In this document: positions 54,124 through 63,868 of the stretch, piece after piece
Position numbering within the stretch: the stretch's first letter is position 1
Layout: every line of letters starts with the position of its first letter
From: an uncultured Legionellales bacterium
GTDB taxonomy: Bacteria > Pseudomonadota > Gammaproteobacteria > Eutrophobiales > Eutrophobiaceae
Length of the DNA: 64,000 nt
Direction: 5' to 3'
Assembly (NCBI GenBank): GCA_913046215.1
Contig: CAJWRJ010000002.1
Location: forward strand, 5,950-69,949
Notes under the pieces: model-generated
Databases searched by the model: none
What the model was told of the DNA's origin: nothing
The model's input: only the letters and a program-made list of their open reading frames with translations
Translations under genes and position numbers: made by a program

Positions 54124-54702
54124 ATGAAAAATTTTAATGATCCTTTAGAAATTCATAATCAGATATGGTCCTTTATGGAGAAGGGTGTTAAGGACAGAAA
54201 TAGCGCATTTCATACACCCACATTAATCACATTAGAGGATGATAATAATGCTGCTGCTAGGACACTAGTTTTAAGAGAAGTTAATAAAAACTCAAGAACA
54301 TTCAGATTTCATAGCGATCAGCGCTCAAAAAAAATTGAACAAGTACACAGCAATCCAAATGCATTAATTCATGTATATAGCCAAGAAGATAAATTACAGC
54401 TTCGTTTTAAATCAAAATTAAGCTTACATATTAATGAGGTGTTGGTTGATGAAGCATGGGAGAAAAGCTATGGCATGAGTAAGATTTGCTATCAAGTTGA
54501 TGAGTCACCAGGCTCTCAAATTAATATTCCTGACGGATATCAATTTACCCCTGAGAAAAATCATGAGGGAAAAGATAACTTTATTGTAATCATCGCAAAA
54601 ATTATTGAAACTGAATGGCTTTATTTATCTTGTGACGGGCATAGACGCGCTAAATTCACGTATGATAATGAAGAATTTAAAGTAACTTGGCTCGTTCCTT
54701 GA
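54124..54702 (+). CDS. pyridoxamine 5'-phosphate oxidase-like FMN-binding split-barrel protein
   Basis: PNPOx-like N-terminal pattern (..NSAFHTPTLITL..ARTLVLREV...FRFHSD.RS.K). 192 aa. Confidence 0.5.
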   Translation: MKNFNDPLEIHNQIWSFMEKGVKDRNSAFHTPTLITLEDDNNAAARTLVLREVNKNSRTFRFHSDQRSKKIEQVHSNPNALIHVYSQEDKLQLRFKSKLSLHINEVLVDEAWEKSYGMSKICYQVDESPGSQINIPDGYQFTPEKNHEGKDNFIVIIAKIIETEWLYLSCDGHRRAKFTYDNEEFKVTWLVP

Positions 54703-54798
54703 AAAATATTCTTCACAAATGACCTACGCATTACGAATGATGAAGTTTAATTTAACGATTAATAAAAACAACACAGCGTTGAGGGTAGAATTGTAGGT

Positions 54799-55257
54799 AT
54801 GACTAAAAAGATTCTATATGTTGATATGGATAATGTATTAGTAGATTTTCGGTCTGCTTTTTCAAAGATCTCGCAAGAGACTTTAGATAAATATAAAGAT
54901 AACGAAGACGAGATTCCCGGTATTTTTCGTTTAATGGATCCTATAGAGGGTGCTATTGAATCTTTTCAAACACTATCTCAATATTTCGATACCTACATTC
55001 TTTCAACATCTCCATGGGAAAATCCAACAGCAAGTTCAGATAAGGTAGACTGGGTTAAAAAACATATAGGAAAAACAGCTCATAAGCGTTTAATTCTATC
55101 TCATCATAAAAATCTTAATAGAGGTGATTATATTATTGACGATAGAACTGCTAGAGGAGTTGATCAATTTGAAGGAGAGCATATTCACTTTGGTCAAGGT
55201 AATTTCAGAACCTGGGATGACGTAATGAGATATTTGATAGGTAAAATTGAAACATGA
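54799..55257 (+). CDS. HAD-superfamily 5'(3')-deoxyribonucleotidase
   Basis: N-terminal DxDxV catalytic motif (VDMDNVLVDF) and the conserved C-terminal D of the 5'-nucleotidase (deoxy) family. 152 aa. Confidence 0.65.
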   Translation: MTKKILYVDMDNVLVDFRSAFSKISQETLDKYKDNEDEIPGIFRLMDPIEGAIESFQTLSQYFDTYILSTSPWENPTASSDKVDWVKKHIGKTAHKRLILSHHKNLNRGDYIIDDRTARGVDQFEGEHIHFGQGNFRTWDDVMRYLIGKIET

Positions 55258-56375
55258 AAAACATTCTTTACACAATCATTCTCTCTTTCTCGTTTTCATT
55301 CAGTGTGTTTGCTGAAGAATCTATTGCATGGAAGATAGATAATAAATATTTAACTCCGAAATGTTTTATATACGAATGGATGTCTAGTGATAATTTTAAA
55401 GAATTCTATAATAGATACGTTCAAGACAATAAAGAATGGGAGAATTGGTGGAATAATATTGGGTTATATTTTGGTAATGAAATTCCTCTAGAAGATAACT
55501 TCGAGGCTTCATGGGGTGATGATACCTTATCATTAACTCGATATTTAAAAGATTGCACAAGTTCAAAACCAATAACAGAAGATGAAGAAGAACAGTTGTC
55601 TTATGCAGTAAATGAAATAAAACCCAAAGATTCATGTAAAATTTTAGCTCCAAATGTTAACGCTAAATGCTTAGATATAAAAATTATAAACGTTCTTCAA
55701 AGTTTTCCCGCGATGAGCTCCGTAATAACTTCAAATATTTATGGTATTTTTGAATTAACTAATAAAAATAAAATAATTTTACCACTAAAGATGGATTATA
55801 TTATTGAAGAAACAAAGGAAGTAAAAACAAGCGAAGAACAAGCAGAAATTTCCACAATAAATTTTGAGTGGATTAAAAAGCAAAAAGAAATCACAAATAC
55901 AAACCAATTAGTTTGGGAAGATAAATTTATACAATTACTTGAATATAATATTCCCTCAATATCTCTATATTTAGGAATGAGTAAACGTAATAAAGTACCT
56001 TTACTGGATAATATTCAGGCAGTATTAGGCGGACCACCAGATGCAATAAAATATTTTAATAATAGAAGATACGTTGTTGCTAGCGCCTGTAGGGCACACT
56101 CATGCCCTGAAAAAGGTCTTGTTTTTATTGATACAAAAGACAAAAAGATTATTGGGATAATACGTCATTTCTTCCTTAATGATTTGGATAGTTATTCAGA
56201 AGATGGGAATTTTTTAATTTTTTCTAAAAATCATAAAACATTTAATGATATTCCAAAAATGTTTTTTGAGGTTGTAAAAGAATGGGGTAAAGAGAGAGAA
56301 TTAAGTCCAAAAAAAGTAAGATTTGTTGGTGCTGATAATAAAATAATAGATGTAACTAAAGGATATGGTGATTAG
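55254..56375 (+). CDS. secreted protein of unknown function
   Basis: Cleavable signal peptide (SFSFSVFAEE). 373 aa with no recognisable motif. ATGA overlap with the upstream nucleotidase gene. Confidence 0.4.
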   Translation: MKNILYTIILSFSFSFSVFAEESIAWKIDNKYLTPKCFIYEWMSSDNFKEFYNRYVQDNKEWENWWNNIGLYFGNEIPLEDNFEASWGDDTLSLTRYLKDCTSSKPITEDEEEQLSYAVNEIKPKDSCKILAPNVNAKCLDIKIINVLQSFPAMSSVITSNIYGIFELTNKNKIILPLKMDYIIEETKEVKTSEEQAEISTINFEWIKKQKEITNTNQLVWEDKFIQLLEYNIPSISLYLGMSKRNKVPLLDNIQAVLGGPPDAIKYFNNRRYVVASACRAHSCPEKGLVFIDTKDKKIIGIIRHFFLNDLDSYSEDGNFLIFSKNHKTFNDIPKMFFEVVKEWGKERELSPKKVRFVGADNKIIDVTKGYGD

Positions 56376-56482
56376 GATTTAAATCTATTCCTATCCAAAA
56401 GTTCTTACTAACTTATATTTGAACAACTCCGCAACATACAAAAACTCTGATAGTGTTGTTATACTTTGCGTTTTCAGACATT

Positions 56483-56558
<76 letters not shown>

Positions 56559-56582
56559 AATATGATTTAAAGAGCGAATAAA

Positions 56583-57854
56583 GTGAAAAAAATATATTCA
56601 CATAAAATATTTTTGCTATCACTGCTATTATATTTTACTACTGCATATAGTGAAATTTATAAGTCTGTCGATGAAGATGGCAATATTATTTTTACCGATA
56701 AGAAACCATTAACCTACTCTGAGGAGATCGAACTCGAAGAAGATCAAACAATTGAAAGTAATAAATCGTTAAACCCATCTGAAATAAATCATAACCAAGA
56801 GAAAAATGAAAATCCTGGTTTGGATATAGATATTTCATTACTCAATCATTATAAAAAGATGAGACCATCACTAAATAAAGATGATTGGCATATACACGAC
56901 CCATCACGTGTAATCATGACTTCTTCAGGACAATTAATTTCTGTTACTGGGAAGGCACAGGAAGATGGTTACAATTGTGGCCTTGAAACTTGGTATAGAG
57001 CTAGCCCTAAAGATAATTGGGAACCCCGTGAATGTTTGTTTATTGATAAACCCGACTGGATTTCTAAATTTGTACCGACAAATGATGGAGCTTTTTGGGC
57101 GCCTGAATTCATAGATAATGAAAGAATATTATATAGTGTTGCATCAAATTTTGATGATGGTGGTCCTTCTTGCACAGCGCTAGCTATTGCTGAGAAAGAG
57201 GAAGGAAAAATAATTTGGAAAGATAGCGGTATACCACTTACCTGTACTACAGGCACCCCAACAAAAACCAAAAATGGTGAAATCGAAGTGGAAGCAATTG
57301 ACCCCGCTTTTATTTTTTCACCAAACGGAAGAGCATACTTAATAACGGGAGGAGGGTTAATTCACGGTACAGAAGTTAATCCAGAAAATTTTCAACCATT
57401 ATCAGGAAATTGGTTTTCATTAGATGATTCAAGTTGGAAAACCTTAGCTAGGGGCCCGATGAGTAAAGAAGATGAGGAGGGGATTGGTGATGGTCATGAG
57501 TGGGTGGAAGCTCCTTACGTTTATTACCGTGAAGGCTTCTATTACTTATTTGTCAATTGGGGATCATGTTGTCGGGGAGCCGATTCTGATTACAATATAA
57601 GAGTTGGGCGTTCTAAAAATCCAATAGGTCCTTTTTTAGACAAAAAAGGAATTGATATGGTTGATGGAGGAGGTTCTTTAGTTCTCGAATCGAAAGGAAC
57701 TAAACGTGGACCTGGGCATGCTGGGATATGGAAAAATGAAAAGGCACAAGATATTTTAAGCTTTCATTACTACGATGCAAAACGTGATGGAATTCCCTTA
57801 TACGGTGAACGAAAAATAGTTTGGAAAAATAATTGGCCAACAATAATGAATTAA
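56583..57854 (+). CDS. secreted glycoside hydrolase family 43-like five-bladed beta-propeller protein
   Basis: GTG start. Signal peptide. Putative catalytic base region WHIHDPSRVI and acid region EAPYVYYREGFYYLFVNW, resembling the GH43 HDPS.../EGP..YYL.. pattern. Sits between tRNA-Thr and its 3' direct repeat. Confidence 0.5.
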   Translation: MKKIYSHKIFLLSLLLYFTTAYSEIYKSVDEDGNIIFTDKKPLTYSEEIELEEDQTIESNKSLNPSEINHNQEKNENPGLDIDISLLNHYKKMRPSLNKDDWHIHDPSRVIMTSSGQLISVTGKAQEDGYNCGLETWYRASPKDNWEPRECLFIDKPDWISKFVPTNDGAFWAPEFIDNERILYSVASNFDDGGPSCTALAIAEKEEGKIIWKDSGIPLTCTTGTPTKTKNGEIEVEAIDPAFIFSPNGRAYLITGGGLIHGTEVNPENFQPLSGNWFSLDDSSWKTLARGPMSKEDEEGIGDGHEWVEAPYVYYREGFYYLFVNWGSCCRGADSDYNIRVGRSKNPIGPFLDKKGIDMVDGGGSLVLESKGTKRGPGHAGIWKNEKAQDILSFHYYDAKRDGIPLYGERKIVWKNNWPTIMN

Positions 57855-57865
57855 ACTTTACCATT

Positions 57866-57909
57866 CGTAATGCGTAGATCGGTGGTTCGAATCCACTTTC
57901 CGGCAAATT
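57866..57909 (+). repeat. 44-bp direct repeat of the 3' half of tRNA-Thr (att-like integration scar)
   Basis: CATTCGTAATGCGTAGaTCGGTGGTTCGAATCCACTTTCCGGCA matches tRNA positions 30-73 with one mismatch. Confidence 0.8.
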
Positions 57910-57931
57910 CTAAACTAAGCTTTGTAACATT

Positions 57932-58135
57932 TTAGCAGGGTAGTGCCGTTTCCAAGTTTTTATTAACGACTTGATCCCTGATTTCACAAACTTGCTGTTC
58001 GCACATGCCACATTGGTTAATACAACCAAGTTTTTCCCGGAGACTTTGAGTTGTGTTCGCACCTTCTTCAATAGCAAGGCGCAACTCTTTATCTGTTATT
58101 GCTTTACATACACAAACATACATCGCATTCACCAA
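57932..58135 (-). CDS. bfd: bacterioferritin-associated ferredoxin
   Basis: 67 aa with a BFD-like [2Fe-2S] Cys pattern (CVCKAIT...C..CGMC). Confidence 0.85.
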   Translation of the reverse strand: MVNAMYVCVCKAITDKELRLAIEEGANTTQSLREKLGCINQCGMCEQQVCEIRDQVVNKNLETALPC

Positions 58136-58211
58136 TTAAAATCGATAACTTTATGATAAATAGTTAAACGTAAATACGAATCATTGTCAATTGTATTAAA
58201 TAAGTAAATAT

Positions 58212-58226
58212 TAATCATAATGATTA
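58212..58226. promoter_or_regulatory. putative Fur box in the bfd-bfr divergent intergenic region
   Basis: Perfect 7-1-7 palindrome TAATCATAATGATTA inside AATATTAATCATAATGATTACTAT, resembling the Fur consensus GATAATGATAATCATTATC. Confidence 0.4.
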
Positions 58227-58332
58227 CTATTTAAAAAAATCTATATTTTACAATCACTTATGTGTTGATGTAGTTAAAAGATTAGCTATACTTTAAAGAA
58301 TTGTTTTTAAATTTAGCTTCAGGAGAAACGTT

Positions 58333-58797
58333 ATGAAAGGAGATAGTAAATCTATTGAATTTTTAAATGGTGTTTTGAAAAATGAACTGACAGCAATTAA
58401 CCAATACTTTTTACATGCCAGAATATACAAGAATCAGGGGCTTAATAAGCTGAATGAGCATGAATATAAAGAGTCACTTGATGAAATGAAGCATGCAGAT
58501 GAATTAATCGAACGTATATTATTTCTTGAGGGGTTACCAAATCTTCAGGATATAGGTAAGTTATTTATCGGTGAAAATGTTCCTGAGATGCTGAAGAATG
58601 ATCTTATGATTGAGCAAAAGGCGCACTCATATTTGCTTGAGGGCGTTAAGTATTGCGAATCAAGTAGTGATTTTGTTACGCGTGAGCTATTCGATAAAAT
58701 CCTTGAAGATGAAGAAAGTCATATTGATTGGTTAGAAACTCAACTTGATTTAATTGATAACGTAGGCTTACAAAATTACTCTCAATCAATGATGTAA
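58333..58797 (+). CDS. bfr: bacterioferritin
   Basis: 154 aa. Ferritin-like four-helix bundle with ferroxidase ligands (E..H pairs) and the heme-ligand Met region. LNxxLxxELxAINQY N-terminus. Confidence 0.88.
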   Translation: MKGDSKSIEFLNGVLKNELTAINQYFLHARIYKNQGLNKLNEHEYKESLDEMKHADELIERILFLEGLPNLQDIGKLFIGENVPEMLKNDLMIEQKAHSYLLEGVKYCESSSDFVTRELFDKILEDEESHIDWLETQLDLIDNVGLQNYSQSMM

Positions 58798-58880
58798 AGC
58801 CACGATTACCTTGACTTTTTTCCATAGGATTAATTAAATTTTCATACCCCTGCAAGTGATATATACGCTATTATCACAAA

Positions 58881-60326
58881 ATGAAATTAACTCCTATTTT
58901 TTTGGCAGGCGGCGGCGGTACGCGCTTATGGCCATTATCAAGAGAACACTATCCAAAACAATTTTTACAATTATTTGAAAATAATACGTTATTTCAAAAT
59001 ACACTTTTGCGTCTAGATGATATAGAAACCTCAATTGAGGTTTCATCTCCTGTAATTATTTGTAATGAAGCACATCGCTTTCTTGTTGTTGATCAGGCAG
59101 CACAAATTTCAAAAAAAATTGATCTTATTATTCTTGAACCTGAGGGTAGAAATACTGCACCTGCATTAACTGTTGCGGCATTAAATCAATATCAAAATTA
59201 TGGAGACTCAATCATTATTATGATGCCATCTGACCATGTTGTAAAAGAAACAAAGCTATTTCATAAAGCGGTAGCAGCAGGAATTGAAATGGCTAATGAT
59301 GATTATCTGGTTACTTTTGGGATCAAACCAACGCAGGCAGAAACGGGTTATGGTTATATTCAAACTGCAAAAAAAATACCAGCACAAAACAAGCAGGATA
59401 TTTTTTCAATTGGTGGATTTACAGAAAAACCAGATAAAGCTCTAGCTGAAAAATACTTAAGTTCCGGTAGTTATTTATGGAATAGCGGAATATATATGAT
59501 GAAGGCATCAGTGTGGTTAAAAAAAATCCAACAGCATCAAAAATCAATTTATGAGGCATCTAACAAAGCTTTTGAAAATGGAAAAGCAGATGGAGTATTT
59601 TTCAGATTAGATGAAAAATCTTTTTGTCAAAATCCAAATGATTCTATCGATTATGCGGTAATGGAGAAGTTATCAATTAGTGATAATGAAAAACTCGCAG
59701 TTCTGCCTGTTGATATTGGTTGGTCTGATGTTGGTGCTTGGTCATCTGTCATGAAAATTAAGAATAAAGACAAAAATAAAAATTACATAGAAGGAGATGT
59801 GGTTGTTGAGGAGACAAATAATAGTTTTATTAGAAGCGAACGCGGATTGATTGCAACAATTGGATGTGAAAATATGATTATAATCGATAGTGATGATGCG
59901 ATTTTAATTGCTGATAAAAATAAAACACAAGATATTAAAAAAATTGTAAATCAATTAAAAAATAATGATAGAAAAGAATGTATAGCACATAGAAAAAACT
60001 ATCGACCATGGGGTCACTATGACACAATTGATTCAGGTAAGAATTTTCAGGTTAAACGTCTAACTATCTATCCTGGTAAAAGACTCTCGTTACAACTACA
60101 TCATAAACGCTCTGAACATTGGGTTGTTGTAAAGGGTGTGGCTACTGTAACAAAAGGCGAGGATAAGTTTGTATTAAATGAAAATGAATCTACGTATATT
60201 CCTCCCGAAACAATGCATCGTCTCGAAAATGCTAGTGATAATATTTTAGAAATTATTGAGGTACAATCTGGGTCCTACTTAGGTGAAGATGATATTGTTA
60301 GACATGATGACGATTTTGGGAGATAG
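58881..60326 (+). CDS. manC: mannose-1-phosphate guanylyltransferase / mannose-6-phosphate isomerase (type II PMI)
   Basis: N-terminal nucleotidyltransferase motif GGGGTRLWPLSR. C-terminal cupin PMI domain. 481 aa. Confidence 0.85.
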   Translation: MKLTPIFLAGGGGTRLWPLSREHYPKQFLQLFENNTLFQNTLLRLDDIETSIEVSSPVIICNEAHRFLVVDQAAQISKKIDLIILEPEGRNTAPALTVAALNQYQNYGDSIIIMMPSDHVVKETKLFHKAVAAGIEMANDDYLVTFGIKPTQAETGYGYIQTAKKIPAQNKQDIFSIGGFTEKPDKALAEKYLSSGSYLWNSGIYMMKASVWLKKIQQHQKSIYEASNKAFENGKADGVFFRLDEKSFCQNPNDSIDYAVMEKLSISDNEKLAVLPVDIGWSDVGAWSSVMKIKNKDKNKNYIEGDVVVEETNNSFIRSERGLIATIGCENMIIIDSDDAILIADKNKTQDIKKIVNQLKNNDRKECIAHRKNYRPWGHYDTIDSGKNFQVKRLTIYPGKRLSLQLHHKRSEHWVVVKGVATVTKGEDKFVLNENESTYIPPETMHRLENASDNILEIIEVQSGSYLGEDDIVRHDDDFGR

Positions 60327-60359
60327 TAAAAAGATGTTTATCTCAGGGATGTTTGAATA

Positions 60360-60755
60360 GTGAGTATTAAAATAGAGTTATCAGTTGGTGAGTTATTAGA
60401 CAAAATTTCTATTCTCCAAATCAAGATTGAAAGAATCGATGATCCTTCAAAGTTGGTGAATATTAAAAAGGAGCTTGATGTATTGCTGACACTATGGGGA
60501 GATTCTGATTATTCAAACCACGATCTCGAATCAGAAAAAAATAAGTTAAAAGTAATTAATGAAGAACTCTGGGATATTGAAGATAAAATAAGAGATAAAG
60601 AGAGAAATCAGCTATTCGATAAGGACTTCATTGAATTGGCTAGAGCTGTTTACATCACAAATGATAAACGCGCAGATATTAAAAGAATAATTAATAGTAA
60701 AACTGGATCTGAGTTAATAGAAGAAAAATCTTATAGCGATTATTCTACGGAATAA
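60360..60755 (+). CDS. hypothetical coiled-coil protein
   Basis: 131 aa, charged and predicted helical. Probable GTG start. No recognisable motif. Confidence 0.35.
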   Translation: MSIKIELSVGELLDKISILQIKIERIDDPSKLVNIKKELDVLLTLWGDSDYSNHDLESEKNKLKVINEELWDIEDKIRDKERNQLFDKDFIELARAVYITNDKRADIKRIINSKTGSELIEEKSYSDYSTE

Positions 60756-60763
60756 CAAATCTT

Positions 60764-61684
60764 ATGAGTATCAATAAAATTCTCTTTATTGGTCTGAGTT
60801 CTGTGGGCGATGTAGTTATGACAACGCCCGTCTTAACATCTCTACAGAATGAATATCCCAAAGCTTTATTTGATATCGTTGTTGATAAGCGAGGAATTGA
60901 ACTATATAAAAATTTTCCAAAGCTCAATAAGCTATATATAAAAGATAAAGACAAACCCCTAAGAGGAGCACCGGACTTACTATTACGATTATGGAAAAAT
61001 CGTTATGACATCATTGTCGATGTAAGATCAGACGGACTTGCTTATTTACTACGAGCAAAAAAAAGATACACGAAGTGGTTCTCAAGAAGTTATGGCCCAC
61101 ATGCAATCGAAGATTTGATGGGAATTATAGCAACATTACATAAAGATAAGCCGATCCCACATACAAGTGTTTGGCCGGCTGAGCGTGATCGAAAATATGC
61201 AAAAAAGGAAATAGCAGTTTTTGATAATACGGATTTGTTGTTAGCTATTTCTACTGGCGATAGTCGTAAACCGGAAAAAACCTGGACAACAAATAAATTT
61301 GTTAATTTGTTAAATAAACACAGAGATAGCTTTACTGGCGTCATTTTTTTAGGCAATAGTTTTGAAGCAGAGGGAACCGAAGAGGTCGCAAGTAAAATTG
61401 ATATGCCATATATTAGTACAATCGATAACAGTTTGTTGGAGGCAGCATCCTTACTTGAGAAATCCTGCTTATATATCGGACCTGATTCGGGTTTGGGGCA
61501 TATAGCTAGTGCTGTTATGACACCTACTATTAGTTTTTTTAGTTTAATGAAGCCAGAGCGATATCGCCCGTGGGGTGATAGGGCTATTTGTATTTGCGGC
61601 TCTGATAATGATGCAAGAAATATTACGGTTGATGAAGTGAGTGCAGCAGTGCTTTCAAATCAAAAAAAAGGAGGAGTAACGTAA
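60764..61684 (+). CDS. glycosyltransferase family 9 (ADP-heptose:LPS heptosyltransferase-like)
   Basis: N-terminal GT9 signature ILFIGLSSVGDVVMTTPVLTSL (compare ILVIRLSALGDVVLTTP). 306 aa. Confidence 0.65.
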   Translation: MSINKILFIGLSSVGDVVMTTPVLTSLQNEYPKALFDIVVDKRGIELYKNFPKLNKLYIKDKDKPLRGAPDLLLRLWKNRYDIIVDVRSDGLAYLLRAKKRYTKWFSRSYGPHAIEDLMGIIATLHKDKPIPHTSVWPAERDRKYAKKEIAVFDNTDLLLAISTGDSRKPEKTWTTNKFVNLLNKHRDSFTGVIFLGNSFEAEGTEEVASKIDMPYISTIDNSLLEAASLLEKSCLYIGPDSGLGHIASAVMTPTISFFSLMKPERYRPWGDRAICICGSDNDARNITVDEVSAAVLSNQKKGGVT

Positions 61685-62824
61685 ATGTGTCGTAATTTTA
61701 TTTTTTTATTATTTTTATTTTCAACGCAAGTAGTCGCTGAATATAAAAATTTAGATGAAAAATCAAAGGATGTTTATGAATCTACCAGGCAATATACTTT
61801 CTCTTGGTTGTTCCAAAACGAAAGCGATATGAGACCTAGAGGAGGAACAACAAAGGGCAAGGAAGTAGATCTAAGTATAACTCCAAGTGATGCATGGAAT
61901 CGTTTACAAGAATCCGACGTATCAAAATTCGAGCGCGATCGACGCGCAATACTTGCAATGATTGGAGGATATAGAACAAGTTTTGATTTTATTGAAACTG
62001 TTGGATTTAATCCAACATACAAACCTGCAGCACCTTATCAATCCTGGGGAACAGAATATGTGTACCTAGTTGAGGATCAAGGAGATTTTATCAGTCTGCA
62101 ACATGTCATTGTGATGTTTATTAAAATGCCAGATAAATCAATATCAGATGCAGTGGTCATAAAACACTGGCGACAAGACTGGCAATATGAGGATATTAAT
62201 CTTAATGTATATGTAGGAAATAATACTTGGAAAAAAAAAGAATTTGCTAAAGAAGATATTGCAGGAACTTGGTCGCAATCTGTCTATCAGGTCGATGATT
62301 CACCGCGTTATCAATCCACAGGCCATTGGCAACATAAAAACAATTACTCTAGTTGGTTAAGTCAAGAAACATGGCGTCCATTACCAAGAAGAGAATTTAG
62401 TGTAAGAGATGATTATGATGTTTTAATTGGAACAAATCGACATACAATTACCCCATTTGGTTGGGTACAGGAAGAGGAAAATTTAAAAGTAAAACTTCTA
62501 CAAAATAATAGTAATGAGATAGATAAGATTTTGGCTAAGGAGATTGGTTTAGCTAGATATGAACATATTGTGAATCATGACTGGAAAGCTGGTGATGAAT
62601 ATTGGACTAAAACAACTCCATTTTGGAAGGAGGTTAGAGATATCTGGAATACTATTCTTGAAGATACTAAAGTTTTAGTAGTTAAAAAAACTATAGAAAA
62701 TAAGTCTCTTTATGAATCAATGTTCAAAATGGCAGATAATTCTACTAATAATGAATCACAACCATTGAATAGAAAAGAAATAGAATCAATACTTAATCGT
62801 TATATAGATATTGTTGAGAAATAA
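61685..62824 (+). CDS. secreted protein of unknown function
   Basis: Signal peptide (LFLFSTQVVAEY). 379 aa, Trp-rich, no recognisable motif. Starts 1 bp after the GT9 gene. Confidence 0.4.
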   Translation: MCRNFIFLLFLFSTQVVAEYKNLDEKSKDVYESTRQYTFSWLFQNESDMRPRGGTTKGKEVDLSITPSDAWNRLQESDVSKFERDRRAILAMIGGYRTSFDFIETVGFNPTYKPAAPYQSWGTEYVYLVEDQGDFISLQHVIVMFIKMPDKSISDAVVIKHWRQDWQYEDINLNVYVGNNTWKKKEFAKEDIAGTWSQSVYQVDDSPRYQSTGHWQHKNNYSSWLSQETWRPLPRREFSVRDDYDVLIGTNRHTITPFGWVQEEENLKVKLLQNNSNEIDKILAKEIGLARYEHIVNHDWKAGDEYWTKTTPFWKEVRDIWNTILEDTKVLVVKKTIENKSLYESMFKMADNSTNNESQPLNRKEIESILNRYIDIVEK

Positions 62825-62844
62825 AGATTTTTATTTAGGAATTA

Positions 62845-63711
62845 TTGTTAAATTCGTTAACAGGAGAGGCTTTGATTATGTCTAATTTTGAAAAATTTGA
62901 CCTTAGAGATGGGACTCATATCCGTTTTACTAAAACAGGAAAAGGTGAACCACTAGTACTACTACACACCATAAGGAATCGTCTGGAATATTTTGATCTC
63001 GTTATACCTTATCTAAAAGACAATTATACTGTTTATGCAATTGATCTTCCTGGTTTTGGCGATTCACCTGTCAATAAAAATACTAATTATGATCAATCAT
63101 TTATGACGGATGTAGTTATTGATTTTATAGAGCAGAATGACTTATCTAATGTAACTCTAGCAGGGGAATCAATAGGTGGTGTCCTCCCATTGACAGTTGC
63201 TAATAAAATTTCAAATAGGATTAATAAAATTTTCTCTTTCAATCCTTATGATTACGATAAAAAATTTGGTGATGGCGTCAGACGCGGTAATTTAATAGCA
63301 CGTTTTATTATTTGGAGTATGAGTTTACCTATGCTTGGTAATTTTTTCTCAATGTTAGAAAGTAAAATAGTACTATGGCTTATTTTTATGGGTGGAGTGC
63401 ATAATAAATCTGCTATTACGAATAAATATTTGTCAATTTTGACCTCTTCAATTTTGAAATCAGGAAATTTATATCATTTAAGAAATGTATTTCTAAATTT
63501 TCACTCTTGGACTGAAGCAAAGAAAGTTTATAAAAACATTAAGGTGCCAATAAAATTAATTTATGGAAAATATGACTGGTCAAACGATATAGAAAGAAAT
63601 GAAACTATGCATTTATTAGGATTAAACCAGTATATTACATTGGATAATGTTGGGCACTTTTCATTTCTTGAGGCACCAGAAAAGATAGCTGAAATAATTA
63701 ATAAAGTATGA
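62845..63711 (+). CDS. alpha/beta-hydrolase fold protein
   Basis: HG oxyanion region (LVLLHT), nucleophile elbow GxSxG (AGESIGG) and a C-terminal GH catalytic His. 288 aa. Confidence 0.7.
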   Translation: MLNSLTGEALIMSNFEKFDLRDGTHIRFTKTGKGEPLVLLHTIRNRLEYFDLVIPYLKDNYTVYAIDLPGFGDSPVNKNTNYDQSFMTDVVIDFIEQNDLSNVTLAGESIGGVLPLTVANKISNRINKIFSFNPYDYDKKFGDGVRRGNLIARFIIWSMSLPMLGNFFSMLESKIVLWLIFMGGVHNKSAITNKYLSILTSSILKSGNLYHLRNVFLNFHSWTEAKKVYKNIKVPIKLIYGKYDWSNDIERNETMHLLGLNQYITLDNVGHFSFLEAPEKIAEIINKV

Positions 63712-63742
63712 TGCGAATAAAAAATTGTTACAACCTGTCTAT

Positions 63743-63868
63743 GACAAATAAATCATAAAAGTTTTTTTTATAAATTTGTCCAAGTTTTTTCTAGGAGTTT
63801 TTTTTATCGTCTTAGACAACTAAATCATAAATTTTTTTTCTAGAAATTTGTCCTAGTTTTTTCTAGGA
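63743..63868. repeat. two tandem copies of a ~54-bp AT-rich element with 72-bp period
   Basis: GACAAATAAATCATAAAAG...AAATTTGTCCAAGTTTTTTCTAGGA vs GACAACTAAATCATAAATT...AAATTTGTCCTAGTTTTTTCTAGGAA. Each copy contains CTAG-centred short palindromes. Confidence 0.6.

Noticed and set aside
56376-56482. Sigma-70 promoter for tRNA-Thr (TTGAAC ... TATACT)
   Set aside because: Hexamer spacing does not fit 17±1 bp convincingly, so it is left unannotated.
63743-63868. CRISPR array
   Set aside because: Only two repeat copies, extremely AT-rich, unequal spacer content, and no cas genes in the window.
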